Part shown: in pieces, positions 28,183-38,605 of the stretch
Layout of the letters: every line of letters starts with the position of its first letter
Position numbering within the stretch: the stretch's first letter is position 1
From: a virus
Lineage: Duplodnaviria > Caudoviricetes
Strand: one strand, 5' to 3'
Length of the DNA stretch: 64,000 bases
IMG/VR virus record: IMGVR_UViG_3300018063_000004
Location: 369 to 64,368 of that record
Notes under the pieces: generated by a model
What the model was told of the DNA's origin: nothing
The model's input: only the letters and a program-made list of their open reading frames with translations
Database searches by the model: none
Position numbers and translations under genes: made by a program

Positions 28183-28884
28183 CAACGATCCTCTTCCGTG
28201 GCCGGCGTCGTCAGGCGCGCCTTCCACACGTCCGCCGGCGGCGCCGTGTGTTCCTCCTCGAGGATCTCGCTCTCGGCGTTTCGCCAGCGAATCAACACCG
28301 TCTCGCCGACGTGCGCCTTCACAGCCCGAACGATTGTCTGTGTCATCGTTGGAATCGTCAGAGCGTCCGAATCCCGCACAGATTCTCAACGAGATCGGTG
28401 AGTTGTGAGATCGCCCGATAGAGATGCGCTGTCGGATCGAGGCGCGTCCGGACGTATCCGAGGTCCTCGGCACGCTCGAGCGCCCGCAACGTCTCAACGC
28501 CGAGCGCGCCTTTCGCCAGTTCGAGCTGCTCGCGCACGCGCGTCAGGTATTCCTGTTGAACCATGTCGCCTCCGTCGTCCTTTCGATGAATGGCGCACGG
28601 GACCGGTAACTGATGCGCCGCGCACCAAACGTAGATGCAGCTCACTGTCCCGTCATCTTTTCGGCGACCAGACTGGCCGCGTCAACGTAACGTGAGACGG
28701 TTTGGATTCGGCCGCCGATACGAGAGAAGTCGAGCGTCAACCGCACACGGGTCCGCGTCGGTGAGTGTCCGATCACGATTCCTTCGATCCGGCCATCAGC
28801 GCCGAGCACGTCCTCATAGCCGAATGTGCCGGATCCAGGCTTGTAGCGGACCGCCTGCCCGACAGGTAATCGTCGCGCGCTCAT
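28182..28884 (-). other. Three small hypothetical genes (28182-28379, 28358-28645, 28642-28884)
   Basis: Coupled ORFs. Confidence 0.5.
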
Positions 28885-29138
28885 GCGCGGGCCTCGGCCA
28901 GCCGACGATCGAGATAGCTCCGCACGTCGCCGACCGTGTAGAGCGTCCATCCTTCGATCTCTTGATCCGAAATCTCGATCCCGAATTCCGCTTCGAGCGC
29001 CATCCCGATTTCGACCATATCGAGTGAATCCGCGCCGAGGTCCTCGACGAGCGTCGCCGTCGCCGTGAGCGCATCAGCTTCCACGCCGAGCGCATCGATC
29101 AAGACTCTCCGAATGCCCGCCTCGCGATCGATCGTCAT
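28881..29138 (-). CDS. acpP: Acyl carrier protein
   Basis: EDLGADSLDMVEIGMALEAEFGIEISD..TVGD; phosphopantetheine Ser intact. Confidence 0.92.
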   Translation of the reverse strand: MTIDREAGIRRVLIDALGVEADALTATATLVEDLGADSLDMVEIGMALEAEFGIEISDQEIEGWTLYTVGDVRSYLDRRLAEARA

Positions 29139-30490
29139 CGTCGCACCGCCTTTCTCGGCCGCTCATGCGGCCGGATTCGCCGGGCCCCATGCACATGTGT
29201 AGAGGTCTGGCCTTGTCCTTCTTCGAGTTTGTCGGCTTGCTTCCCGGTGAACGTTTGCCAGCGTTCGACGCACACTTGCGCGAAATAGGGCGATAGCTCC
29301 ATCGCGTAACACGTCCGGCCAACCTGTTCACACGCGATGATCGTGGAGCCGGAGCCAGCAAACGGATCGGCGACAATTCGCGCCATGCCGGTCACGTCGA
29401 GGATCGTTTTGAGTAGCTCGACTGGTTTCTCCGTCGGGTGATGTTCGTTCCCCGATCGATCGCATCGGACGACGTTCCCCTTCGCTTCCTTGTGGGTGAA
29501 TGGCGCCTTGACGCGCGTGCCGCACGCGACCAGCTCATGTTGTGAGCGCCAGCCGATCCCCATGCCCGGTGTGCCTTTGTCCCAGACCACCATCGCGCGA
29601 ATCCCGTAACCCTGGCTCTCCATGAGGTCGGTGAGGTTCGTCCACATCCGCCAGTCGGTGAAGATGTAGGCGAGTTTCGCGTTCCAGGTATCGAGGACCG
29701 ACTTGATCAGCTCTTTATAGCCGCGCGTGCTGAGCACGTCATTCGCGATCGAGACCGTCTGGCCCGTGAAGTCTTTTTTTGTGGTCCCGATCGATCCCTG
29801 AATCCGGTCCGCTTCCTGGAACCCGCCGGAGCAATAGGGCGGATCGGTCAGCAGCGCGTCGATCTTTTCCCCTTGCGTGAGGAGTCGCACATCGAATCGT
29901 TGCGTGGAATTACCGCAGAGTAATCGATGGTTGCCGAGGCCGAACAGATCGCCGACCTTCACCCACGGGTCGATCGGCATCGGCGGCGCCATGGCGCTGC
30001 CTCGCTGTGTTTCGAGATTCGCGATCAAGTCTTGGACGTCGTTGGAATCGAACCCGACGCCGGCGAGGCCTGCGGCCGTGCCCTGAAGCGAGACCAGCAC
30101 GTCCTTCAGGATCGGATCGATGAACCCGCCGGCAATCACGGCCTGATTACTCGCGACGAGATAGGCCTCGTGCTCGCCGTCATCCTGGAACGCGACGCCC
30201 CGCACGACTGGAATCATCCACTCGCCATCCTCGCGCACTTGAATGTGCTCGGGCGCCTCTTCGCTGGAGAGTTTCATGGCGTTGAGTGTTTTGAGGCGGC
30301 CGTGGCCCGCGGCCAGGCGCCCGGATCGTTCGTCCACGAGGATCGGCTCCACGAACCCGAACCGCTTGAAGCTCGAGTTCAGGAGGCCGAGATCGTGATC
30401 CTTCGGATTGCGAGGCCATTCCAACACATCGGCGAGCGGCCAATATTCGATCTGGAGCGCCTCGCCCGTTGCCGGCCGTTTATTGCTCAC
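29135..30490 (-). CDS. ParB-like domain plus N4/N6 DNA methyltransferase
   Basis: NPK.H, FGFVEPI, AGHGR; HRLLCG, TDPPY, HPTEKP, DPFAGSGST. Confidence 0.9.
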   Translation of the reverse strand: MSNKRPATGEALQIEYWPLADVLEWPRNPKDHDLGLLNSSFKRFGFVEPILVDERSGRLAAGHGRLKTLNAMKLSSEEAPEHIQVREDGEWMIPVVRGVAFQDDGEHEAYLVASNQAVIAGGFIDPILKDVLVSLQGTAAGLAGVGFDSNDVQDLIANLETQRGSAMAPPMPIDPWVKVGDLFGLGNHRLLCGNSTQRFDVRLLTQGEKIDALLTDPPYCSGGFQEADRIQGSIGTTKKDFTGQTVSIANDVLSTRGYKELIKSVLDTWNAKLAYIFTDWRMWTNLTDLMESQGYGIRAMVVWDKGTPGMGIGWRSQHELVACGTRVKAPFTHKEAKGNVVRCDRSGNEHHPTEKPVELLKTILDVTGMARIVADPFAGSGSTIIACEQVGRTCYAMELSPYFAQVCVERWQTFTGKQADKLEEGQGQTSTHVHGARRIRPHERPRKAVRR

Positions 30491-31071
30491 GGATGCGCCC
30501 TTCGACCACTTCAGCACCCGTCGCTTCGACCAGCCGAGCGCGGTGAACGACATCGCCAGGGCAGAGCCAGACGATCATCGATCCCGTGCGGAAGCGTTGC
30601 CAGCCCGCAGCGAATGCGAGATCGACGGTCTCGAATATTTCTTCCTTCAAACAATGCCAGCAGCGTGTTCCAATCGTCATGTGGCATCCTCCGCGGCGAA
30701 CCCGCGCCGTGCGTTCGATCTCACGATCCCTCCCGTTGAAGTTGGCCGCACGCCGGCCAGAAGGCGCGCCAATCGCTGCCTTCATACCCGTTCACGTTGT
30801 AGAGTTCGCACTTCAGAAATGTCTTGCCGTGGAGGACCTGGCCGGCCCGTTCCGCTGATCGTTGCGACATGCCCCCATGCGCGGCCTTGCGAATCAGGTG
30901 CGCGCATTCCTTACACGTGACGCCTTCGGGCCCATGTCCATGTTTGGCGTGCATCGATCCGAGGCGACGGAGCTGGCCCTGGCGATCCGCCTCGGTGCGT
31001 TTCGAGACCTTGCCCGGGAGAAACCGGATCAAGGATCCGCCGGTCTCGAACAGGCGCGGCTCGTCGCTCAT
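30480..31071 (-). other. Two small Cys-containing genes (30480-30680, 30721-31071)
   Basis: CxxC motifs; operon position. Confidence 0.5.
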
Positions 31072-33047
31072 TGGAAAAACGTCTCGGCCGCGCGAAGGCC
31101 GCCGCCGCCACTATCTTCAAGCCAGCCGAGCTTGAGAAACTTCGCAATCGCCGTAGACGTGTCGCCGCTCTGTTTGTAACCGGCGTCCTCATGCGCTTGC
31201 TTGCGGCCAACGACATGCGGATAGGCGTTGAACCAGACGCCGAGAAGCCGACGTTCAGCTTTGTTGAGTTTGCCGGCGCCATCCAGGAGATGTTCCCGGA
31301 GCGCGGCGCCGGTCGGTAACGGCTCATACGGCCCGAGCACGTCGAGGCCAACTGCGGAGATCGCCAGAGTGAACCCGCCGCTGAGCACGATCCAGCCACA
31401 CTCCAGCATGGCGGCGATCGCCGTGGACGTGTCGCCACTCGGTTGATAACCGGCCAGGATCAAGAGCTGCGTCCGCGTGAGCCCCTTGCCGTGTTGTGCG
31501 AGCGCCGTGAGCATCGCTCGCGCGTGGCGCTTCAAGTCCCCACTGCGACTGTAGACCGCCGCGCCACCTTCGCTGGCCTCTCGAGGAACACTCGGCCGCG
31601 GCGCCGACGGCGGCGGAGGTACTGGTGCAACATCACGCTTCATCGGCGGACCAGGCCGGCGAAGAAACGGCGCGCCAGGCTCGGCGATCGCCGGCGTCGG
31701 CACGTGTGCGAGCGCCCGCTTGACGCTGGCGCGATCGAGGACCGTCTCAATCGTCTTGCGTGCTCGATCAGTTTCGGCCGTGATGTTCGTGTTGATTTCC
31801 TGTAGGCTGCCGTGAACCGCGTTCTGCGTGCTGACGAGCACGTTCTGTGTGCCGGCAAGTAGATCAACCAAATTTTGATGAAATAACATCCGGACTTCCT
31901 CGATTCGGATCGTGAAGTCTTTAAGGACTTCACGATCGCGATCGGTCAAGGCCGGCGCCGGCGGCTTCGCTTTCTGTTGTGAGACGCCGAGTTCGAGGTG
32001 TGCCGCGTGAATCTGAAGATCGGCGTGTTGTTTTTCAAGCTGCGCGATCCGCTTACTGGCGAGTGTGCGTTCTTGCTCGAGCTGCGCACGAAGCTTCCGT
32101 GGATCGGAGGCCTCGGCCTTTTGAATCGTGTCGGCCATCCGAGCCCGGTAATGATCGAGGTCCGGCTTTTTCGCGCGGCCAGCCAGGCGTTGTTCGGTGC
32201 CTGTCGGCGTTTTTGAGCTGTCAAAGGTCTGACGGAGGCGGATGCTGGCGACGCCTTCGTAGTGCAGCCAGCCCGGCGAGACGACAAGCGCCTGACCGCG
32301 CGGCAGTTTCCGGAGCTGTTCGATCAGTGCCTTCCAGCGGCCTTTCTCGACATGTTCGCCGAACCAGTCCAAGATCGCCTCGACCGAGTTTGGGCCGATC
32401 GTCCGAAAGGCAATCATCAGCTCGGCCAGCTCGGACACGCTTTTCGCCATCCGCGCCGATCGCTGCGTGATCAATGTGACGCCGACACCGACGTTCCGGC
32501 CCTCTTCCACCAGGACCTCGAGCGCGCCGAGGCAACGCGCCTGGTCGACGGCGCCGTGCGGAATCGTTTGTGGCGCGAACCTGGCCGCCTCGTCGATCAG
32601 TTGCATGAGCGGCCGCCGGCGTTCGCCCTGGCGTTCCATGAGACGCGCCAGGTAATCGGCCACGAATCGGATTTTCTCGCCGATACTCCATCGGCGGCCG
32701 TCGGCCCGGGAGCTGATATCCACCAGGACATTCTCGGATTCATCGACGACAAAGTCGGCCACGACCGCGCCCGCCGTCGGCTCGATCGGCAGATCGCCGT
32801 GCCGGCCGCCGAGAATCAAAATCTTGAGGCCTTCGCCCTTGCCGTCCGCCGAATGCCGGAGGCCCCATGACACGCCGACGGGATCAAGGAGCGCGAACCG
32901 GAAGCCGGCCGCGGCGAGTTCCTCGCAGAGCACGGCCGCCAGATTCGTCTTCCCCATGCCCTTGCCGCCGTAGACGACGATCGTCTGCGTCACGGCCTCG
33001 AGCGCCGGCGGTGTGATTTCCGCGGAGAGTTGGAGTCGCTTCGCCAT
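31068..33047 (-). CDS. HerA/FtsK-like ATPase with coiled coil and two C-terminal wHTH-like repeats
   Basis: GGKGMGKT, LLDPVG, IDEAARFAPQ, ITQR; repeated AGY..SGDTSTAIA. Confidence 0.8.
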   Translation of the reverse strand: MAKRLQLSAEITPPALEAVTQTIVVYGGKGMGKTNLAAVLCEELAAAGFRFALLDPVGVSWGLRHSADGKGEGLKILILGGRHGDLPIEPTAGAVVADFVVDESENVLVDISSRADGRRWSIGEKIRFVADYLARLMERQGERRRPLMQLIDEAARFAPQTIPHGAVDQARCLGALEVLVEEGRNVGVGVTLITQRSARMAKSVSELAELMIAFRTIGPNSVEAILDWFGEHVEKGRWKALIEQLRKLPRGQALVVSPGWLHYEGVASIRLRQTFDSSKTPTGTEQRLAGRAKKPDLDHYRARMADTIQKAEASDPRKLRAQLEQERTLASKRIAQLEKQHADLQIHAAHLELGVSQQKAKPPAPALTDRDREVLKDFTIRIEEVRMLFHQNLVDLLAGTQNVLVSTQNAVHGSLQEINTNITAETDRARKTIETVLDRASVKRALAHVPTPAIAEPGAPFLRRPGPPMKRDVAPVPPPPSAPRPSVPREASEGGAAVYSRSGDLKRHARAMLTALAQHGKGLTRTQLLILAGYQPSGDTSTAIAAMLECGWIVLSGGFTLAISAVGLDVLGPYEPLPTGAALREHLLDGAGKLNKAERRLLGVWFNAYPHVVGRKQAHEDAGYKQSGDTSTAIAKFLKLGWLEDSGGGGLRAAETFFQ

Positions 33048-33056
33048 AGCTGGTCC

Positions 33057-33678
33057 TCAGTGCTGGCGCACGTTCGTGAGCATGTCCTGGATGATGCCCG
33101 CTTCTTCCGTATAGAGCACGGACGCCAGGACGATCGCTATGTACTGAAGTCGAATTCCATCACCATCGAATGTCGCCATGTGATCCACGATCTCTTCGGC
33201 CATCGTCAGCGCCCGGAGGTATTCCTGCGGCGTGAGTTTCGCGCGGAGCGCGGCCAGGAATGTCTCGGCATTCGCCGACATCATCAGTTCCGATAGGCGC
33301 CCTGCGCGAGCGCCAGGCGCCCTGGCACCGGGCAGCGTGATTCGTGCCCAAGGCCAAGCGTGACCCGACCAAGCCATCGATTGTGCGGATCGACTGGCGA
33401 CGTGTAATACGCGCCACACATGAGGCACGTGATCTCGAGTCGATCGACGCCGCCGTCCTCGGTCGTCGGCCAGACTTTCACGGCGAGCCACGGCGTTCGG
33501 TTCACCATGGCATTCGCTCAAGGCGACGCCGCCGCGATCGCGCCTCAGCCCGGCCGAGACCGTAGCGGCGCAGCTCGCGCCCGAGCTGCCAGCGCCGCAG
33601 CATTCGCACACATAGGTGCCGCGCCAGGAGCAGCCCGATCAAGAGCATGATGGCTGTGATAATCCACAATGCGGTCAT
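33057..33678 (-). other. Small hypothetical genes (33057-33284, 33284-33508, membrane protein 33502-33678)
   Basis: Coupled ORFs; 33502-33678 reads MTALWIITAIMLLIGLLLAR... Confidence 0.5.
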
Positions 33679-33782
33679 CAGCGTTCCTTGCTGGTGAGTT
33701 CGAAGCCGCCGCCGAGAAATGATCGCCGCGTCGCCACATGCGCGCGACAGCGTTCATGCGCCACGTTCGCCTCCTCGCCGGC

Positions 33783-34727
33783 TCATCCGGCCCTCTCCGT
33801 CTGACTCCTGGTGCGCAGCGCGAGCGCGATCTGTTTCAGGCACTCGTCCGTCGTCGAGCACGCCGGGCCATGCGGACACCGCCCGACGTAAACCCGTCGC
33901 CGATAGCGGCCGGCTTCCTTGAGTTCGGTCTGGCTCACCGGCGCGACATCATCGGTCGCATCGGTCCAGCGGCGGTCCTTCAGCCAACGCCACAAATGCG
34001 GGATGAATCGCGGTTCGCAGCCGCCCCAGACCGTGCGCTTCTGGTGCTCCACGGCGGCGACCATTTGGTCGACCTGGGCGTCAGTCGGCTTGAGGCTGAG
34101 GAATACTCGCCAGGCCCGATCGAAGGCGGCCCCACGCGGGTAAATGGCGGTCAGGCGGTCGAACCGGACGCGAAGCCCGTGCTCGACGTCCCCTTGGGCG
34201 GCGTCGGTGGCTTCTCCGGGGATCAGCGTGAACGCGGGCGCGTCAGCGCCACGTTCTTGTTTAACTGACGGATCAGATGACGGATCTTCCTTTAGAGCGA
34301 TACGTGTTTTTTCACTATTTAGTGAAAAATCCTGCACGATCGGTGTCGCCGTTTTCACTGTTTGTGAAATCTTTTCACTCGCCGACCGTGAAATCTTTTC
34401 CCTTCGTGGGAAATCTTTTCCCTCTGGCGGAACATCTTTTCCCTTCACACACCGCACATGGATAAAGGTTTTGGGCACATACCCGCCTTGGACTTCCTTC
34501 CGATCGACGTTGGGCTCGATGGTAATTTCGCCAGTCGCCTCGAGCTGCTTCAGGATGAACCGGATCGCCCGCGTGGTCATCCGGCTCTTGGCGGCGAGGG
34601 TATTGATGGTCGGCCAGGCGTTGCGTCCATCGTCATGGGCATAGTCAGCAATCGCGAGCAGCACCAGGAGCGGCCCGCCTTTGGCCTTCGAGGATTTCCA
34701 CACCTGACTGATGGCTGCCACACTCAC
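33783..34727 (-). CDS. Replication initiator (HTH_36 / lambda O-like)
   Basis: LVLLAIADYAHDDG..WPTINTLA..S; C-terminal FD....YPR..A..F and FIPH..RWL...RW.D. Confidence 0.85.
   Translation of the reverse strand: MSVAAISQVWKSSKAKGGPLLVLLAIADYAHDDGRNAWPTINTLAAKSRMTTRAIRFILKQLEATGEITIEPNVDRKEVQGGYVPKTFIHVRCVKGKDVPPEGKDFPRREKISRSASEKISQTVKTATPIVQDFSLNSEKTRIALKEDPSSDPSVKQERGADAPAFTLIPGEATDAAQGDVEHGLRVRFDRLTAIYPRGAAFDRAWRVFLSLKPTDAQVDQMVAAVEHQKRTVWGGCEPRFIPHLWRWLKDRRWTDATDDVAPVSQTELKEAGRYRRRVYVGRCPHGPACSTTDECLKQIALALRTRSQTERAG
34305..34448. repeat. Probable replication origin: iterons inside initiator gene
   Basis: Four GAA(A/CA)TCTTTTC(A/C)CT repeats at 34366-34446 next to an AT-rich TTTTTCACT..AGTGAAAAA palindrome. 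Confidence 0.75.
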
Positions 34728-35074
34728 GGCGATCGGCTCCCTTTCCCTCTCACGTTCGAACGGGAGGGTTCCGCTGCCCCGTGGGTGTGGCGATCCGCCT
34801 GATCGGTCGCGGGAACGCCGCCTGGGTGCGGCGTGTGTCCTGTGCGAATCGATCCGGATGACTGCCCGTCGTGCTCACGGAGGACCGCGCGCCATTGCCT
34901 CGTGCTCGGTTTCGGATAGCGCCCGGCTTTTGCGGGACCGGATACTAGCGAGTGAACCCCGGTCTCCCGTCCTCTGACGTCTCTACCTGTGACTCGTTGT
35001 CCTACCTGTGTCGCTCGATCAACATGCCTCGTCTTTCGTCATGATCCCGGCCACGACCCCGGCGCCTCTGTTCG

Positions 35075-37045
35075 TTACGCTGTCACGGTGGCCAGCGCCG
35101 AGGCCACAACCGTGACGTCGTCGCGCAGCTCGAGCCGATACATGGCCACGCCCGCCGGAAGCTCCGCCGGCATTTCGTAGTCGGGATCCTTCGTCGCCGC
35201 CAGAATGATCTGTCCGGGCCAGCCGTCGATCACGTCGGCGAGAATCGTGCGCCGTTTACTATCCAGCATATCGACGGCATCGATCGCGACGAGCCAGGTT
35301 CCGGTGATTTCCGCGATCGCGAGCTGTAACGCCACGCCCGCCCGGAGCCGCTCCGAGACGGCGAGCTGGTTGGCTTTGCGGCCGTTGACGCGCACGGTCC
35401 ACGGATCGATTTGAAATTCGAGATGGTATCCCCATTTGTCGAGCGCCTGATTGACTGTCTGTTCAAACATCACGCGCGCCTGTTCGAGCACGTCCACGAT
35501 CACGCCTTTCGGTCCGAGCTGATCGCACAGATGTTCACACCGCGCCACGCGCTGTTCAAGCTTCAGGCGTCGTGCAGAGGCCTCGCGCCAGGCGCCCGCG
35601 GCCGTCTGATAAACCTCCACGTCGCGAATCAATTGCTCGCCGCGGAGAATCCTGTCCCGGATGGCAACGATCCCTGACGGGAGTTGCACGTCGCCGATGG
35701 TCGCCAGGTCGCTGTCGATTCTGGCGAGCTGTGCCCGAAGGTCGGTGAGCCGTGCCGTGTCGTCCTGGAGGCGCGTGAGCGTTGACCGGAGAGTGCTGGC
35801 CTTCAGTTCGAGCCCGCGGCGATCGCTGTGGGCTTGCTGGCGCTTGCGCGCGGCTTCCCGATCGGCGGCGATTTGCATGTCTAACTCAGCCTCGATCTCG
35901 GCGATTCTGGTTTCGGCGGCCTTGATCGACTTCTGAAGTTCGCGCCGATCTTTTTTCGAGTCGGTCAGGTAATCCTTGAAGTCCTTCGCCGGCGTTTTGC
36001 AGGGAATCCCACCCTGAAGGACACACCCTTTGGCCGGATCGTGTTCCTCCACACGCCCGATTAAACTTTCGAGCATCCGGAGGCGTCCGCGTTCGTCGGC
36101 GAGCCCACTCTTCGTGTGCTCATGTTCATGCTCGATCGGATTCTCAGCCGGCGCCGCCTCGTCATCGATCAGGCTGCCCTGTTCTGGCGTCGCGCCATCG
36201 GTCATCAGTGCCAGGCGTTCGTCGAGTTCGTCGAGTTGTGTATGGATGTCGTGTTCGCTGTAGGTCGGGAGTCGGCGTTGAATGTCCGCGATCGAGGCCT
36301 GCACGTCGTCTTTGTTGAGCACCAAGGCCTCACGCCGACCGCGCGTCTCGGCGTTGTCGGAGAACAGCGCCCGTTCTTCGCCTCGGACTCCCTCGAGCTG
36401 CCGGCGGAGGTCCTCCACGGGCGGAGGTTCGTCGCCGCCGAAGGCCTGAAGCGACGGCTCGGCCGGCATGAGCTGTTGCGCCAGCGTCGCTTTTGCCCCA
36501 CGCCGATCGGCCATGACCGATTGATACCGCGCGTCAAGTTCGTCCGGAGAGAGCGGGCCGGCCACGCCGAGCGGCTCGAGCGCCGCGGCCGGAATCCGGA
36601 CGTTCAACACACCCATGATCAATCGCTTGGCGTCGGCATGATGCAAATTCAGGAAGGCGGCGTTATCGAGACACGCCTGCAGGACCGCTTCGGTTGTCGC
36701 GAGTTTCTCGTAGAGCGCCTCCTGTTGTTTGGCGTTCGGTCCTTCCCATTCCTTCACTTTCAGGAATACTTCGCGCCCGTTTGTTTGCCGTTGCACGCTG
36801 CCGAAGTCCGCGAGCGTCACACGCACGCCGAGGCCGGTCTGCTGCCCTTCCCGGACCAGTTCGGCCATATCTCGATTCGATCCGTCCAGGCCGCGGCACC
36901 GGCCGGTCAGCGCCCACAGGAGCGCGTCGATCGCGGTGCTTTTGCCGGCGTTGTTTTCGCCGACGATATACGTCTGTTGTTTCAGCGTGAATGTCGCGCG
37001 TGCATAGCTCCGAAAATTCACCAGCTCAAGTGTGTCAATCCTCAT
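35075..37045 (-). CDS. Rad50/SbcC-like ABC ATPase
   Basis: NFRSY, GENNAGKST, coiled coil with Cys hook, degenerate signature, AIDAVDMLD. Confidence 0.85.
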   Translation of the reverse strand: MRIDTLELVNFRSYARATFTLKQQTYIVGENNAGKSTAIDALLWALTGRCRGLDGSNRDMAELVREGQQTGLGVRVTLADFGSVQRQTNGREVFLKVKEWEGPNAKQQEALYEKLATTEAVLQACLDNAAFLNLHHADAKRLIMGVLNVRIPAAALEPLGVAGPLSPDELDARYQSVMADRRGAKATLAQQLMPAEPSLQAFGGDEPPPVEDLRRQLEGVRGEERALFSDNAETRGRREALVLNKDDVQASIADIQRRLPTYSEHDIHTQLDELDERLALMTDGATPEQGSLIDDEAAPAENPIEHEHEHTKSGLADERGRLRMLESLIGRVEEHDPAKGCVLQGGIPCKTPAKDFKDYLTDSKKDRRELQKSIKAAETRIAEIEAELDMQIAADREAARKRQQAHSDRRGLELKASTLRSTLTRLQDDTARLTDLRAQLARIDSDLATIGDVQLPSGIVAIRDRILRGEQLIRDVEVYQTAAGAWREASARRLKLEQRVARCEHLCDQLGPKGVIVDVLEQARVMFEQTVNQALDKWGYHLEFQIDPWTVRVNGRKANQLAVSERLRAGVALQLAIAEITGTWLVAIDAVDMLDSKRRTILADVIDGWPGQIILAATKDPDYEMPAELPAGVAMYRLELRDDVTVVASALATVTA

Positions 37046-38189
37046 GATCGCCGCCTTCCTCCTCGCCGTTCTCGTCGTCCGGAGCCATGTTGCCGAGTTT
37101 CTTCGCTGAAAACTTCGTCTTGCTCTCTGAGCGCGCCGCCGCACGTAGGATGGTCACCAGCTCGGGATTCGATCGTTCCATGCGCTTGGTCCCGATCAGC
37201 GGTCGGAGGATCGTTTTACCGCATTCAAACCGCGGAGGGGTAATCTCCGCTTTCGCACATTCCGCCAGGACGAGCGGAACCGGCCAGCGGAGCCGGTCGC
37301 TCGGCCGGTGTGCAAACTCCATCGCGCCGGCGCGTGCCGGTCCTTCAGTCATCGTCCAGGTTCGCAGCGTCGTCTCGTCCGACTTGAGCATCCGCCGGAG
37401 CACGAGCACGCGGCCGGCCACAATACTGGCCTCCTCAGCACTCAGGATCCGCCGATCGAGCACGCGCGGATCGTCGGCCACGTCACACTCCAGGCGACAG
37501 AACCCGCAATGTTCACCCGGTTGTGCCGGCCAGTCGCCGGTCTGTCGCGCATCCTCGATCGTCGCAAGCGTGGCCTTGACGCGGCGTTCGAGACTTTCAA
37601 GATCCTCTGGCGTGTATTCCACCGGCACGGTCACCCCGTAGCGAACGAAGGTCATCGCAAATTCATACACGTCGAAACCAGGCCAGGCCTGCATGGCGCG
37701 CCAGATATAAAATTGCCCCTGAAACTCGCGCCGGACGGCGTCCTCGTCCAGGATGGCCCAATAGGTTTTCAGGTCCTCCACGCGCAGCACGGAGCCGCGC
37801 GGTGTGAATTGGTGCGCGAACGTGAGATCCGGCTTCCACGTATACCCGTCGCCGCGTTGCCGCTGTTCGGCAGCCATGAAGGCCTCCAGGTCCAGGCGGA
37901 AGTTGATCCCCCATCGAAAGACGATGTCTTCCACTTCCCGGATCAAGTGCGCCGGCGTGTGACTCGCCACGATCCCACGTTGGAAGGCCTTGCTCAGTTC
38001 GTCCGCATCCTGCTCTCGTTCGAGCTGCACGAGCCGCGGGATATATTCTTCGAGCGCGATCCGATGAAAGGCCGAACCGCGGCGCGCTTCGTCGCTGTTT
38101 TCCTCGAGGCCGAGTTCATAAATCTCGTGATAGCGTTTCAGACAAGATGCGGCTGCGATCGCGCTCTGCCGGAGTTCGATCGTCTCCAT
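37035..38189 (-). CDS. PD-(D/E)xK Cas4/RecE-like exonuclease
   Basis: RGSAFH, KPD, EDLKT, Q..FY, PGEHCGFC..C. Confidence 0.85.
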   Translation of the reverse strand: METIELRQSAIAAASCLKRYHEIYELGLEENSDEARRGSAFHRIALEEYIPRLVQLEREQDADELSKAFQRGIVASHTPAHLIREVEDIVFRWGINFRLDLEAFMAAEQRQRGDGYTWKPDLTFAHQFTPRGSVLRVEDLKTYWAILDEDAVRREFQGQFYIWRAMQAWPGFDVYEFAMTFVRYGVTVPVEYTPEDLESLERRVKATLATIEDARQTGDWPAQPGEHCGFCRLECDVADDPRVLDRRILSAEEASIVAGRVLVLRRMLKSDETTLRTWTMTEGPARAGAMEFAHRPSDRLRWPVPLVLAECAKAEITPPRFECGKTILRPLIGTKRMERSNPELVTILRAAARSESKTKFSAKKLGNMAPDDENGEEEGGDHED

Positions 38190-38605
38190 AGAGCCCTCCT
38201 TCGATAGCCGGCATCGCGCCGGCGTTTACAGGTTCGACAGATTCGTTTCCGCTTCCAGCGGTAAGTATTCTCGCGCGTGAATGGATGCCCGGCGAGACAG
38301 CCCTTCAACCCCTGATAGGGTGTGCGGATTCTCCGGCCATTCTCGATCGCGTCGCGCGCGTTCCTGCTCTGTGTGGCGTCATACACATGTCGCGCCGAGA
38401 TTCGGACGCACGCCGGCGTATTGCATTTGTGGCAGCCGTTGAATCGCGGCCAATGTCCACGGATGAGCTTGTAGGCGTAGCGGTGAGCCCGAATGCGCCG
38501 GCCCTTAACGACCACAAGGCCATAACCATGAGATTTGGCACCGAGCCAGAGCCAGCACGAGCGCGTCCGCCGAACCTTCGACCAGAACGTCGCCGGAGTC
38601 ATCAT
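38138..38605 (-). CDS. HNH homing endonuclease
   Basis: FWSKV..CWLW.G..GYG..AHRYAY..CHKCNTPACV; C-terminal C..GH..NTY..CRTC. Confidence 0.85.
   Translation of the reverse strand: MMTPATFWSKVRRTRSCWLWLGAKSHGYGLVVVKGRRIRAHRYAYKLIRGHWPRFNGCHKCNTPACVRISARHVYDATQSRNARDAIENGRRIRTPYQGLKGCLAGHPFTRENTYRWKRKRICRTCKRRRDAGYRRRALWRRSNSGRARSQPHLV

Noticed and set aside
33678-33764. 28-codon ORF with TRRSFL Tat-like motif
   Set aside because: No hydrophobic region or passenger domain follows
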